Source of the DNA: a virus
IMG/VR virus record: IMGVR_UViG_3300032163_000011
Coordinates: 5,416-69,415 of that record
Length of the DNA: 64,000 nt
Direction: 5' to 3' (one strand)
Below, piece by piece: positions 37,499-46,878 of the stretch; the first letter of the stretch is position 1, and every line of letters begins with the position of its first letter. The notes below the pieces were generated by a model. That model did not search any database, was not told where the DNA came from, and saw only the letters and a list, made by a program, of their open reading frames with translations. The position numbers and the translations under genes were made by a program.

Positions 37499-38095
37499 TT
37501 ACCAGGGGGCAGGGTTAGCGGCCATGGCCTTTTTCATCTTTTTCTTCCGTTTGGCTTTATCCCGGGCGCGGGCCCGGACCTCACCGCGGTCGATCCCCTG
37601 GAGGTGGTCCCGCCTGGCAAGGTCGGCCAGAATCAGACCGACCGCCTTACCATCATCAGCTTGAAACTCAAGAGGCGCTGCGGGCCATAGGCGCCGCGCC
37701 AGGGTAAGCGGTGAATCTACCGCGGGCCCGCCGAATTCACTTTGCTCTAACCTCTTTTTCCATTTGAAGAGGCCCGCAACCGCCTGCCAGGTGGCCGGAG
37801 CTATTAAATCGAATTCCAGGCCCGCCGCCATAAGCCAGCCTTGCCAGATACCGAAATTAACCATGAGGTTCCCGGCTCGTGAGAATTGGTTATCTATTCC
37901 GGCGCCGGTCTGCGGTAGGTTGATGTCCTCAAGATAGGTCTTAACCCTTAACCCCTTCATCATCAATAATATATTCTCATATATATATATAGGGTTTTTG
38001 AGGTTCCAACGGTGCGCCGCGACGAATTGACCGGCACTGTCAAGGATACCGATTCCGCCGGTTTGCCCTGGGTCAATTCCCATGAAGTAATTCAC
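37499..38095 (-). CDS. RuvC-like Holliday junction resolvase
   Basis: FMGIDPGQTGGIG...YLED...NFGIWQG...IAPATWQ...DDGKAVGL. Confidence 0.8.
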   Translation of the reverse strand: MNYFMGIDPGQTGGIGILDSAGQFVAAHRWNLKNPIYIYENILLMMKGLRVKTYLEDINLPQTGAGIDNQFSRAGNLMVNFGIWQGWLMAAGLEFDLIAPATWQAVAGLFKWKKRLEQSEFGGPAVDSPLTLARRLWPAAPLEFQADDGKAVGLILADLARRDHLQGIDRGEVRARARDKAKRKKKMKKAMAANPAPW

Positions 38096-38257
38096 TGCAA
38101 AATCCCGTTTTAAATTAATTTATTTTATTTATTTTCCTATTTTTTTTGGGCATCTGTCAATACGACCCAGTTTAACCACAGCTTTCCCCAATAATCAAGA
38201 GCATTTATGGCATATCAAATTATTTTCGGTTTTTTCTCTTTTTTTAGTTATGTCCTA

Positions 38258-38286
38258 TTGACATATCAGTCAGGCTGTCATATAGT
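38258..38286 (+). promoter_or_regulatory. Sigma70-type promoter of the early operon with an embedded inverted repeat
   Basis: TTGACA-17 nt-TATAGT; TGACA...TGTCA inverted repeat spans the -35 and spacer. Confidence 0.8.
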
Positions 38287-38329
38287 TACCTTAACAGCTT
38301 GATAAACCACTAACCCAGGAGGGATGACG

Positions 38330-38503
38330 ATGAAAACAGGCCAACGGGTAATGATTTATCTTGACCCATTAACCGAACAGAAACCAGAGGATGAAGCTAT
38401 TTTAATGTCCAAAGTGACAGAGGACCATGACACGGAAACGTGGCGAGTTGTCTTTGTTTCTGATGCTTTTCAGACCACGCGGACAATTAAAAAGACAGTT
38501 TAA
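38330..38503 (+). CDS. Small early protein (57 aa)
   Basis: Own translation MKTGQRVMIYLDPLTEQKPE..., RBS AGGAGG. Confidence 0.65.
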   Translation: MKTGQRVMIYLDPLTEQKPEDEAILMSKVTEDHDTETWRVVFVSDAFQTTRTIKKTV

Positions 38504-38659
38504 CCCTATCACCAGGAGGCCCCGGTTATGACGCTGCGAGAGTTAATCAGGATTTTGATCGAATCTCCCCTTTACTGGGGCTTGAGCGTCCGGGAGCGGT
38601 TGACGTTGGCCCGGTTGCCCTTAACCTATTCACCCAAATTTCAGGGAGCTTAAACAATC

Positions 38660-39244
38660 ATGGGAGAATACATCACCACCAACAACGGCAACAAAATCAA
38701 GCTCGGGACTTGTGAACATCTTATGTATGTCCGCAAAGATGAGGTGGAGTCAGAGGCGCTGGTTAATTCTGCGATCCGGGAATACTTGGACCCTAAATGC
38801 AGTTGGATTTATCGCTTTCCCTGGCCCCAGGAAGACGGCCAGATGATCGCGTGCGCCGGCGAGCGTGAGCCGTTCGACTATGGCCACTTCGTCTTTGCCT
38901 GCGACGACCTGGAGGTTGAACATCAGGAAATCGCTAAACACGTTTCGGCCGGTCACAGCTATGGGCTTAACGTCATGATCCCCTGCCCGGCTGGGAAAGA
39001 TTTCAACCTCAAGCGGAGTTTAGGCGACACCTTTCACCCCTTCCGCATCATCGGGGAAAGGGTCAAGCCGGGGCAATATTACACCGTTTTCGCCTGCGGA
39101 TACTGCGATCAATGGTTTTCTCTCGAAGAGGAAGAGGGGATAGAGAAAATCCGCCAGGCGATCCTGGCCTGTGAGCCACGAGAGGAAAGAGATAAGCCCG
39201 ATACCTGGTACAAGAAAGTGGTGGCCAGGCTCAGGGCCAGATAG
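38660..39244 (+). CDS. Early hypothetical protein (Cys-containing)
   Basis: 194 aa; MGEY...IKLGTCE...CGYC. Confidence 0.7.
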   Translation: MGEYITTNNGNKIKLGTCEHLMYVRKDEVESEALVNSAIREYLDPKCSWIYRFPWPQEDGQMIACAGEREPFDYGHFVFACDDLEVEHQEIAKHVSAGHSYGLNVMIPCPAGKDFNLKRSLGDTFHPFRIIGERVKPGQYYTVFACGYCDQWFSLEEEEGIEKIRQAILACEPREERDKPDTWYKKVVARLRAR

Positions 39245-39337
39245 TGAGGGGGAACCCATGCACCGAATCCTAACCGACATTCGAGTAATTTTGCTTGGCG
39301 CGGTGATCCTGGTAATCCTGGCGATCTTAACTGACAA

Positions 39338-39763
39338 ATGAAGGAGGTGGAGACGATGACCAAAGATCAAACCAGACGCGAAATCTCTAAGATGAAACCA
39401 GGGATTTTGGAATATCTGGAGAAAGAAACTGATAAGACTACTCCAGAAAAGGGCGGCGCCTGCCGTTGCCGGGCTAACCGTGGCGAGTGGTCCTATATCG
39501 TGAAGGTGAACAAAGTTTCTGTATCGGTTGAAGATAATTGGGGCAATGAAGGCCCTAACTTCTCCCGAACTGTGAAATTTACGGACATCAAAAGTATGAT
39601 GAGCGCCGCCGAAGTGCAGGAGAAACGCGAAGCCGGATTAATTGCCGAAAATGCTTATAAATCGGCTTTTTGGTTATTTGACAGTCTCGCCCCTTCTTCA
39701 AAACAGCCGGAAGAAATCAAGCCGGAAAAGGAAATTGAAGCGGAAAGGGAAAACCCGGCTTGA
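39338..39763 (+). CDS. Early hypothetical protein
   Basis: RBS GGAGG; stop lies in the hairpin base. Confidence 0.65.
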   Translation: MKEVETMTKDQTRREISKMKPGILEYLEKETDKTTPEKGGACRCRANRGEWSYIVKVNKVSVSVEDNWGNEGPNFSRTVKFTDIKSMMSAAEVQEKREAGLIAENAYKSAFWLFDSLAPSSKQPEEIKPEKEIEAERENPA

Positions 39764-39817
39764 CTTCTCAGGGTAGGCCGGGGCCGCAAGGCCCTGGCCC
39801 GCCTTGAGCAGTTAAAC
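39758..39817 (+). repeat. Intergenic long hairpin A (attC-like ends, GCAA loop)
   Basis: GCTTGAC...GGCCGGGGCC-GCAA-GGCCCTGGCC...CTTGAGCAGTTAAAC. Confidence 0.7.
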
Positions 39818-39839
39818 CTACGAATGGAGGATTAAAGTC

Positions 39840-40118
39840 ATGGCAAGGAAAACGGCACAGACCGAACCCGGCGAACCCCAGCGCACCAAGCACTTGAACG
39901 CTGACCAATGCAAGGTGGCCGCGGCCAAAATCAGCGTAGAGCGCCGGAGTTATGAAGCTGATGTCGCCCGGTATGCTCAGGCCCAATTTCACAGTGATCC
40001 TTTCCTGGGCTCATTTCTTCCGATCTGGCCCGCGGATTATGACCTGTGCGTCGAAAAGATCAACCGCCTCTATCACCCGGAAGAGGCTGAGCTCATCATC
40101 GCCGGGCTGACAGCGTAG
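39840..40118 (+). CDS. Early hypothetical protein
   Basis: 92 aa, RBS GGAGG. Confidence 0.65.
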   Translation: MARKTAQTEPGEPQRTKHLNADQCKVAAAKISVERRSYEADVARYAQAQFHSDPFLGSFLPIWPADYDLCVEKINRLYHPEEAELIIAGLTA

Positions 40119-40127
40119 GAGGAGACC

Positions 40128-40280
40128 ATGCAAATCATGTGGGAAAAAGGCCAGCAAGGCGTCTGGTGGGTATTTTTGCTTCTTGAGGAAGGAGTAGAAA
40201 GCGTCATGTTTTGGAACCTTAACCGGATACAGCATACCTACCCATGGCACAGGGTTGACCGTTATCCGTTTCCTGTTTAA
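40128..40280 (+). CDS. Small early protein (50 aa)
   Basis: Own translation MQIMWEKGQQGVWWVF..., RBS AGGAGG. Confidence 0.55.
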   Translation: MQIMWEKGQQGVWWVFLLLEEGVESVMFWNLNRIQHTYPWHRVDRYPFPV

Positions 40281-40326
40281 CCCCTGAACCCTGGCCCCTA
40301 CGGGAGCCGGGCTTGAGTGGTTAAAT
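40275..40326 (+). repeat. Intergenic long hairpin B (attC-like ends, TACG loop)
   Basis: GTTTAACC...CCTGGCCCC-TACG-GGAGCCGGG-CTTGAGTGGTTAAAT. Confidence 0.7.
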
Positions 40327-40348
40327 AATAAGCGATGGAGGATTAGTT

Positions 40349-40924
40349 ATGGGCTCACCGGAATCATCGGCAAATATCAAATTTCCAGTATCTCAGATAG
40401 ATCAAGAGATACGGGAACACCTGACGGATTACTATGGCGTCAAATTTAACGCGGATGGCAGTCTCACGGAAGACGTAGGGCCGTGGGACACGGAAATAGA
40501 GGTTGAAGATGGTCTCTTTTTCATGCACAACAGCCAGGCCCGCGACGGAGAGTTCTCGGACCTGGAAATCCTGCTCATCGAAAAGGGAATCCCCTTTGAC
40601 CGGACCTCTTACATGGAATGGCAATGCCCGCCGCGGTGTAGGATTTTTCGGCCTGCTAATTCAAATCTCCTGGGTCGCGGCAACCTGGTGGATCTTGACA
40701 TTCGCATCAACCTGGATGCCGACGCCTACGAGCCTGTGGTGAGCGTAACCAAAATCCGGGAGATCATCAAGAGAGGAACGGCCATTGATGAGACCGAAGA
40801 AATGCAGGATGAAGTTGACCGAATTGGCCTAATAGCCTATCAGAAACTCATTGACTTGCTGGCCTACCTTGACGAAATCGTTCCCCCCTGCCCGCCCCTG
40901 GCGGATTATGTGAAGGAGGGTTAA
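40349..40924 (+). CDS. Early acidic hypothetical protein
   Basis: 191 aa, RBS GGAGG. Confidence 0.7.
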   Translation: MGSPESSANIKFPVSQIDQEIREHLTDYYGVKFNADGSLTEDVGPWDTEIEVEDGLFFMHNSQARDGEFSDLEILLIEKGIPFDRTSYMEWQCPPRCRIFRPANSNLLGRGNLVDLDIRINLDADAYEPVVSVTKIREIIKRGTAIDETEEMQDEVDRIGLIAYQKLIDLLAYLDEIVPPCPPLADYVKEG

Positions 40925-40926
40925 TC

Positions 40927-41142
40927 ATGTTGGATAACATTGATCGTGAAAAGCGCGCCGGAGAAGCATTAAGGGCTTATCCCGGATTTGAAGAAGAGGA
41001 TATTTCCTCTTCAATCGTGGACTTGGTGTCGGACCTGCTGCACCTAGCCCGGAGTTTGGACATCGAACCGGACTACATCATCCACATGGCGACGATGCAC
41101 TACGACGCCGAAGTGGAAGAAGCCGCGCTGGGTGCGCCATGA
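40927..41142 (+). CDS. Small acidic early protein
   Basis: IVDLVSDLLHLA...MATMHYDAE. Confidence 0.65.
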   Translation: MLDNIDREKRAGEALRAYPGFEEEDISSSIVDLVSDLLHLARSLDIEPDYIIHMATMHYDAEVEEAALGAP

Positions 41143-41474
41143 AATCCTTGGCCCACGTCCTTGCGGGGCGATGGTGCGTAAACGCGGGGGCCGTGCTCAA
41201 GTGGCTCAAGGCCCGGCATATCGAAAAAATAACCGACCTTATGCGCTTTGGTTTTCCTCACAGCGTAGGAATGGAAAAGGCGCTTGCCGACTTTTGGGAG
41301 TTTTCGACATGAAAACCGCCCTAATCGTATGCTGGCTAATTTTCCTTGGGCTGGTGGCCTGGGGCGGATGGGAAAAGGGGAAATAACCCCATACCCTAAC
41401 CCTTAACCGGGGAAGATCGGCGCTCCTGGGGCGTCTCAAGAGGCCGATTTTCCCCGAAATGGAGGAATTAAGGA

Positions 41475-41705
41475 ATGAAATCACATTGGCTTGATTACTC
41501 AGAACTTCCGGCTTATTTGGGGCTGTGCAAAAAAAATCTATCTGATGATGATGCAGGCCCCAACTATGCGGGAGAAGCTATAACAAACTTCCCGGCAGGA
41601 GTAACTTGCCCGAAATGCCTACAACTGCTACGCGAACGCCAAGCAGAAGGCAGGCCCCCATTTGGAACAGGAGCACCCCAGCGTAAAAAACAGCTTGCGG
41701 CTTAA
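41475..41705 (+). CDS. Small Zn-binding early protein
   Basis: H...LC...VTCPKC, RBS GGAGG. Confidence 0.6.
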   Translation: MKSHWLDYSELPAYLGLCKKNLSDDDAGPNYAGEAITNFPAGVTCPKCLQLLRERQAEGRPPFGTGAPQRKKQLAA

Positions 41706-41942
41706 CCGCGAACCGGGGGAGACCCAGCGTCTCCCCCATCCCTCAAAGGATTATCACATGACCGCTAAATGGGATATGCTGGCAAAAATTGGAAGGGTTG
41801 AGGCAATAATTACCTTCGATGACGAAAATACTCTGAACATCGACATCTATCGATTAGGGGAATCAAAAACCGGCGATGCAATAGCTACCTTTGAAATCGT
41901 CCTTGATGATTCTACTTCACCAAAAGGAAGGGTTACGCTCAC

Positions 41943-42149
41943 ATGACCGCCAAGCAATTCACCCGCCGCCGACAAAAACTCTACCGGACGCAGATTCAAG
42001 CCGCAGAGGCCCTGGGAGTCAAGAGAAATACAATAACCATGTGGGAGACCGGCAAGAACCCGGTGCCCCGGTGGGCTATAAAATTTTTGGAGTGTCTTTC
42101 TGCCTCCGTCCAGTACGCGCCCAAAACGGCAACCGGCTCCGTCCAGTAA
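41943..42149 (+). CDS. XRE-family HTH protein
   Basis: TQIQAAEALGVKRNTITMWETGKNPVP. Confidence 0.85.
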   Translation: MTAKQFTRRRQKLYRTQIQAAEALGVKRNTITMWETGKNPVPRWAIKFLECLSASVQYAPKTATGSVQ

Positions 42150-42267
42150 ATTACGGTTGTGTCCTGGCGATAGAATACCCCTACAAACGCGCCAGACTCA
42201 TTCTAAGGTTGATTTGGGGACGGGTGAATGGTAAGGGTAAGGGTAAAATACGAAATCCAGTAACCAT

Positions 42268-42296
42268 AAGGCCCGGAGAAATCCGGGCCTTTTTTC
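42268..42296 (+). terminator. Rho-independent terminator of the early operon
   Basis: AGGCCCGGA-GAAA-TCCGGGCCT followed by a T run. Confidence 0.85.
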
Positions 42297-42326
42297 TTGT
42301 CCATTTTACGTCCAGTAAATCCAGTC

Positions 42327-42614
42327 TCACTTCTGATTCAACGCCGCCTTGAACCCCGGCGACGCCCGGAACAAGATACCCTTCCGGGCCGGGACCTTGA
42401 CCTTCTCGCCCTTCTTCGGGCCGTTCATCACCACCGTTTCCCGGGCCTTACGATCCCGCGCCGTGAACACCCCGAGACCGGCGAAAGTAAACCGTCCGGT
42501 ATCCATCAACTCCGTGATGACCAGATCCCGAACTGCCTGCAGGGCCCTCTTGGCCGCTGCCTTGGTGATTTTTGCCCGAACTGCGATTTCCTCAATCTGC
42601 GTTACCTGCATCAT
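42327..42614 (-). CDS. HU/IHF-family DNA-binding protein
   Basis: AGLGVFTARDRKARE...GEKVKVPARK...FRASPGFKAALN. Confidence 0.9.
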   Translation of the reverse strand: MMQVTQIEEIAVRAKITKAAAKRALQAVRDLVITELMDTGRFTFAGLGVFTARDRKARETVVMNGPKKGEKVKVPARKGILFRASPGFKAALNQK

Positions 42615-42629
42615 GGCTTGTCTCCTTTT

Positions 42630-42851
42630 TTAGTTGTGGCCGGTGTCTGCCGGGTCATTCACTTTTTGCGGGGGCTTCCGATAGCCTCCCGTGACAAATT
42701 TTCTCGCGTGGTTTTGAAGGCATATCTCTGAACAAAAATCAAACTCTTGTTCCAAAGAAAGCCTGTCGTTTATGTCCGAGTCACGCCTGATAACAAGAGG
42801 CGGTCGCCCTTTGAATTTGCGCTTACATGCGTCGCATTGATAAAATCTCAT
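42630..42851 (-). CDS. Small Zn-finger protein
   Basis: CDAC...DFCSEIC. Confidence 0.6.
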   Translation of the reverse strand: MRFYQCDACKRKFKGRPPLVIRRDSDINDRLSLEQEFDFCSEICLQNHARKFVTGGYRKPPQKVNDPADTGHN

Positions 42852-42854
42852 TCA

Positions 42855-44201
42855 TCATCCCTCCGTCCAGTTCCCAAACGTCATAAATTCCTTCCTGTAC
42901 GCGGCCTTAATCCGTCCCGTGGGGCCGTTGCGCTGCTTCGCTACTCGGATTTCGGCCATCCCCTTGTCCGGAGAGTCCTCTCGGTACACCTCGTCTCGGT
43001 AAATGAACATGACCACATCGGCATCCTGTTCCTGGGATCCGCTTTCCCGCAGATCGGCCAGTTGCGGCCGCTTGTTGGGGCGGGCTTCCAGGTTCCGGTT
43101 TAGCTGGCTCAGGGCGATGACCGGGAGGTATAATTCTTTCGCCAGGGCCTTGAGGGCTCCCGAGATTTCCGAAATTTCCTGCTCCCGGCTCCGGGCCCCC
43201 TTGTATTTCGCCAACTGCAAATAATCCACAATCACCAGGCCGATGTTTTGCCGGGACTTCAGGCGCCGGCAAAGGGAACGGATTGCCAGAATACTCATGG
43301 CCGGCTTGTCGATGATGAAGATCGGCAGGTCCAGCAACTCGCCGGCCGCCGACTGCAGACGGGCCCAACCGTCCCCGTCCAGCCTGGCGCTGCGCAAGTG
43401 GTAGGCGTTAATCCCGCCGACGCTGGCCAACTGGCGCTGCACCAACTGTTCCTTGGGTTGCTCCATCGAAAAGAAGGCCACGGGCACTTTAGCAACTTTA
43501 GCAGCGTGATAGGCGAAGCTATTCAATGCAAGTGCGGTCTTGCCCATTGAGGGCCGGGCCCCCACCAAGATCAGGTCGCCGTTCTGCCAACCGCCGGTGA
43601 TGGCGTCCAGGTCGGTCAGACCGCTTGGCACCCCCAAGACCCCTTTCTTGTGCTGCCAGATTTTCTCCAGGCGCTCCACCACGGGCGGGACAATATCCGA
43701 CTCGGTGTAAACCGCCTGGACCTCCTGGCCGTCCTTGATCTGGTAGATTTTTTCTTCGGCAGCGTCTATGAACTCATCGACATTATCCACCGGGTCAAAG
43801 CATTTACTGGCGATTTGCTGGGTGGCATCCAGTAGGCGCCGGAGCATCGCCTTCTCTCGGACGATCCGGGCATACCGAGTAAAGTTCGTTGCGAATCCAA
43901 CCGCTTCAGATAACGCGGCCAAATAAACAGGCCCACCGCATTCCTCTAATTGGCCCCGGTCTTTGAGATATTGGGTGACGGTGACCAGATCAACCGCTTC
44001 TTCAATCCCATAAAGATCGGTCATGGCAAAAAAGATTTTACGGTGTTTAATTTGGTAGAAATCTTCCGTGTCAAGCAACTCTACCGCCTCGTCCATTAAT
44101 TCCGGCCTGATAAATAAAGACCCCAAGGCAGCACATTCAGCCTCTAAAGACGCAGGAGGAGTATATATTTTATTTTGCTCGTCTTTTTCTTTGGTTTTCA
44201 T
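42855..44201 (-). CDS. dnaB: Replicative DNA helicase
   Basis: GARPSMGKT, VIVDYLQL, ALSQLNR, DLRESGSQEQDADVV, AKQRNGPTG. Confidence 0.97.
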   Translation of the reverse strand: MKTKEKDEQNKIYTPPASLEAECAALGSLFIRPELMDEAVELLDTEDFYQIKHRKIFFAMTDLYGIEEAVDLVTVTQYLKDRGQLEECGGPVYLAALSEAVGFATNFTRYARIVREKAMLRRLLDATQQIASKCFDPVDNVDEFIDAAEEKIYQIKDGQEVQAVYTESDIVPPVVERLEKIWQHKKGVLGVPSGLTDLDAITGGWQNGDLILVGARPSMGKTALALNSFAYHAAKVAKVPVAFFSMEQPKEQLVQRQLASVGGINAYHLRSARLDGDGWARLQSAAGELLDLPIFIIDKPAMSILAIRSLCRRLKSRQNIGLVIVDYLQLAKYKGARSREQEISEISGALKALAKELYLPVIALSQLNRNLEARPNKRPQLADLRESGSQEQDADVVMFIYRDEVYREDSPDKGMAEIRVAKQRNGPTGRIKAAYRKEFMTFGNWTEG

Positions 44202-44790
44202 TTATTCTCTCTCTGTTTTGTTGAGCATAAGACCGTCTTTTATCGTTGTTGATAAGACGGTACCTTTTCAGTCTTTCCTTCCGACACTCTGGATGAATAA
44301 AAGACCCTCGGCTGTGTTTAACTAAATTATCTAAGGAATCATACTCCTTGCACTCTACACATTTCCACCAGTCGGCGTGGCCACAAGACCTAAGTGCTCT
44401 GGTTCTTTTGTGAAGTAGAGAATAGTATGCTTGATCTTGGCAAATGACTAATTGTTTAATGGTGTGATGGTGTATCACCACCTCACGCGGTAATGGTTTA
44501 CCGAGGGCACTTTCAGCTATAAGAGTATGTAAAAAAACATACCCGTGCCCATGCGCCCTATGATGTTTTGGCATAAGAATATCTAAATAACCACGCTCGC
44601 GTCCTTTTTTACCTACCTGAGAAACGCCGCCGTTCCAGTTATGGGGTGCTTGGCCCTTCCACTTCAATTTTGCCCAATGACCGACGATAAATTTAATAGG
44701 TTGCCCTTTGACCCAACCAAGTTTTTTATTCGTTTGTGGAGCCAATCTCGTTCTTTCGCCGCAACCGCATTGGCAAAAACCCAAGTTCAA
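44170..44790 (-). CDS. HNH endonuclease (CQCGCG N-terminal type)
   Basis: CQCGCG; GYVFLHTLIAESALGKPL...VVIHHH...LVICQDQAY. Confidence 0.75.
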   Translation of the reverse strand: MNLGFCQCGCGERTRLAPQTNKKLGWVKGQPIKFIVGHWAKLKWKGQAPHNWNGGVSQVGKKGRERGYLDILMPKHHRAHGHGYVFLHTLIAESALGKPLPREVVIHHHTIKQLVICQDQAYYSLLHKRTRALRSCGHADWWKCVECKEYDSLDNLVKHSRGSFIHPECRKERLKRYRLINNDKRRSYAQQNRERINENQRKRRAK

Positions 44791-44879
44791 AACAATGCCA
44801 CGGGGCCACCGGGCCTCGGGGCTGGCCGGCGGGGTGTAGCCGGCAGGCTGCTCTTCTGGTTTTCAGTTAGAGCGGGGCA

Positions 44880-45119
44880 TTAAATTCCTTCCCAAAGAGG
44901 ACAATCAAACTTTAATTTATCACTGCGTATATCAGGACCATCTTCCCGTTCACAATAAGGGCCAAATTCAGGGTCGTTTTTGAGATTCCTACAGGATTTA
45001 CAGGCCCTCCTTGCGGGATTCCCGAAGCACCAGGCCTCGTGAGAGATAACCGCTCTTTTGCTAATTCGATTGAAGCCGCACCCGAAGTCGCATTTGAAGG
45101 CATGACATTTTGTTGGCAC
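44880..45119 (-). CDS. Small Cys-rich protein
   Basis: GTG start; CDFGC...HEAWC...CKSC. Confidence 0.55.
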   Translation of the reverse strand: MPTKCHAFKCDFGCGFNRISKRAVISHEAWCFGNPARRACKSCRNLKNDPEFGPYCEREDGPDIRSDKLKFDCPLWEGI

Positions 45120-45123
45120 TTCA

Positions 45124-45594
45124 TCACCTCTCCAACTGCTTCTGCAGCCCTTCCAGCCCGAGGAGCGCGCCCCGGTCCTCCGCCTCCAACACCTCGGTAT
45201 AGACCCGCTCGAAATCCCGGCGCCGGAAGTCCAGGTCTTTATACTCCATTCGGTTAAACGCCTCCCAGCCGCCACAGACTTGCAGGGCTCGCACCGTGGC
45301 CGGGTCCGTTGGCCCCCCCTCGCCTCTCTCCGCAGCGATGATGAGTTGACCCCACCGCTCCGCCGCCGTCGGCCGGCCCTGGTTCCGTAGAGCCAAGACC
45401 ACTCCTTTGAGTTCCGCAATTTTAGGAAACCATTTACAGGTATCGAGGCAGTTATCTACGGCAACCTCAAATTCCTTGTCCGTTAAACCCCAAAGCCGAT
45501 CTCGGTAAGCCTCTATGGTGGGCTGGGTCAAACTTACATCAGGATAACCAGACGCGAGTTTGAACATCCCTTTGATAAAAGTTTCTTCGGTCAT
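45124..45594 (-). CDS. Helicase loader/inhibitor-like protein
   Basis: AVDNCLDTCKWFPKIAEL...TAAERW...CGGW; follows the replication initiator. Confidence 0.7.
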   Translation of the reverse strand: MTEETFIKGMFKLASGYPDVSLTQPTIEAYRDRLWGLTDKEFEVAVDNCLDTCKWFPKIAELKGVVLALRNQGRPTAAERWGQLIIAAERGEGGPTDPATVRALQVCGGWEAFNRMEYKDLDFRRRDFERVYTEVLEAEDRGALLGLEGLQKQLER

Positions 45595-46466
45595 TCTCCA
45601 AGCCTCCGTTCGGCATATTTTTTAAGACCAGGGAGTCCCTTGGGTGCATTTGAAGGGCCTCCCCCACCATCATATTTGCCATCCAAGATCACCTCAGCAT
45701 GACTCACCATGAAATCAAAACTGGCTTTCCAGCCGCGGTCATTCATCCCCCGACAATGCGGCGAATCAAAGAGCCTGAGAATCACCCTCTCCCACCACGC
45801 CCTTTCAGGGTTGCGCTTCAGGGCGTCTTTGATTTTGTCCATGTCTTTAGGTTTGCGCTGGAGAGGAAGGTTGACCCTGGATAGCTCCGGAGGAGCTTTC
45901 TCGTTCCACAGCTTTGCTAAATTTTGAGGAGACGGAGCCTTCCCCCCTGGAAGGGGGGTAGGGGGGTTATCTTTTTCTTCTGTTTTTATTTCTTCTTCTG
46001 TTTCTTCTTCTGTTTTACGGGATAGGGTATAGGTATAGGGTATCAATAGGGTATCGTAATATTCCAAAAAATCCTTAATCAAAGGGCAATTATGTAATGT
46101 ATTAAAATGGTTAGCAACTCCCTTGAGTTGCTGTTTTGATATAGATTGACCCTTCCCCTCTGGATTACCTCCATCAAGGGTGGTTTTCGTCTGCCATTTA
46201 AACATCTTTCTAACCCAAACCATTGAAAACTCTGGATTATATTGAATAAACCTATACCGTACCGATAGGGTATCAATACCCTTTAAGACTGTTTTTTCAC
46301 TTAATTTGGTCTGCTTTCCGATTGATTCAAATTCAAAGAAATAGAGTCCTGAGTAGTGTCTGTAAGGGTTTGTAATAAACCAGACCAAAAGCAGCATTTC
46401 GTCTGAAGTCAATTTCCGGATTTCTGGATCAGTCCAGAATCCATCGTGAAATTGGGAATAAGACAT
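45591..46466 (-). CDS. Phage replication initiator protein
   Basis: FWTDPEIRKL N-terminus; GMNDRGWKASFDF...ILDGKY C-terminus. Confidence 0.8.
   Translation of the reverse strand: MSYSQFHDGFWTDPEIRKLTSDEMLLLVWFITNPYRHYSGLYFFEFESIGKQTKLSEKTVLKGIDTLSVRYRFIQYNPEFSMVWVRKMFKWQTKTTLDGGNPEGKGQSISKQQLKGVANHFNTLHNCPLIKDFLEYYDTLLIPYTYTLSRKTEEETEEEIKTEEKDNPPTPLPGGKAPSPQNLAKLWNEKAPPELSRVNLPLQRKPKDMDKIKDALKRNPERAWWERVILRLFDSPHCRGMNDRGWKASFDFMVSHAEVILDGKYDGGGGPSNAPKGLPGLKKYAERRLGE
45973..46282. repeat. Putative origin iterons inside the initiator gene
   Basis: ATAGGGTAT at 46022, 46035, 46046 and 46265; palindrome AGGGTAT-CA-ATACCCT; adjacent TTCTTCTGTT repeats; analogous to the ori within lambda O. Confidence 0.6.
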
Positions 46467-46511
46467 ATATTTAAAATCCCTCCCCGGCCCCCGAAGATAC
46501 CGGGATTAAGA

Positions 46512-46868
46512 TCACCATGGTACATCCGCTTCGGCTTTGCGTTCGGTCTTAGCCCCGACGAACTCCACCGTGTCCGCCACGATCTCACACCTCACGATCT
46601 TCTGGCCGGCCTTTTCGTATTCGGAGTAACTGAGTTTTCCGGTGACGCCACACCACGAGCCGGAGAAGAAAAACTTCTCCACGAACTCCGCCGTTTTCTG
46701 CCAGGTGACGATGTTGTGCCAGATGCTTTTTATGCTCCAGGTGCCATCGGCGTTCCGGGTGCTCTCCTTGGTTGCCATGCTGAATTTGCACACCGCGGTT
46801 TGTTTGGCCCCGATGTGCTTCATTATCGGATCCTTGCCAATTATTCCGCACAGACAAACCTTATTCAT
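46512..46868 (-). CDS. ssb: Single-stranded DNA-binding protein
   Basis: MNKVCLCG...DP...FSMAT...WHNIVTW...DVPW. Confidence 0.92.
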   Translation of the reverse strand: MNKVCLCGIIGKDPIMKHIGAKQTAVCKFSMATKESTRNADGTWSIKSIWHNIVTWQKTAEFVEKFFFSGSWCGVTGKLSYSEYEKAGQKIVRCEIVADTVEFVGAKTERKAEADVPW

Positions 46869-46878
46869 TGACAGCCCC

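Noticed and set aside
29702-44201. Inteins in TerL or DnaB
   Set aside because: Lengths are normal and no intein boundary motifs are seen
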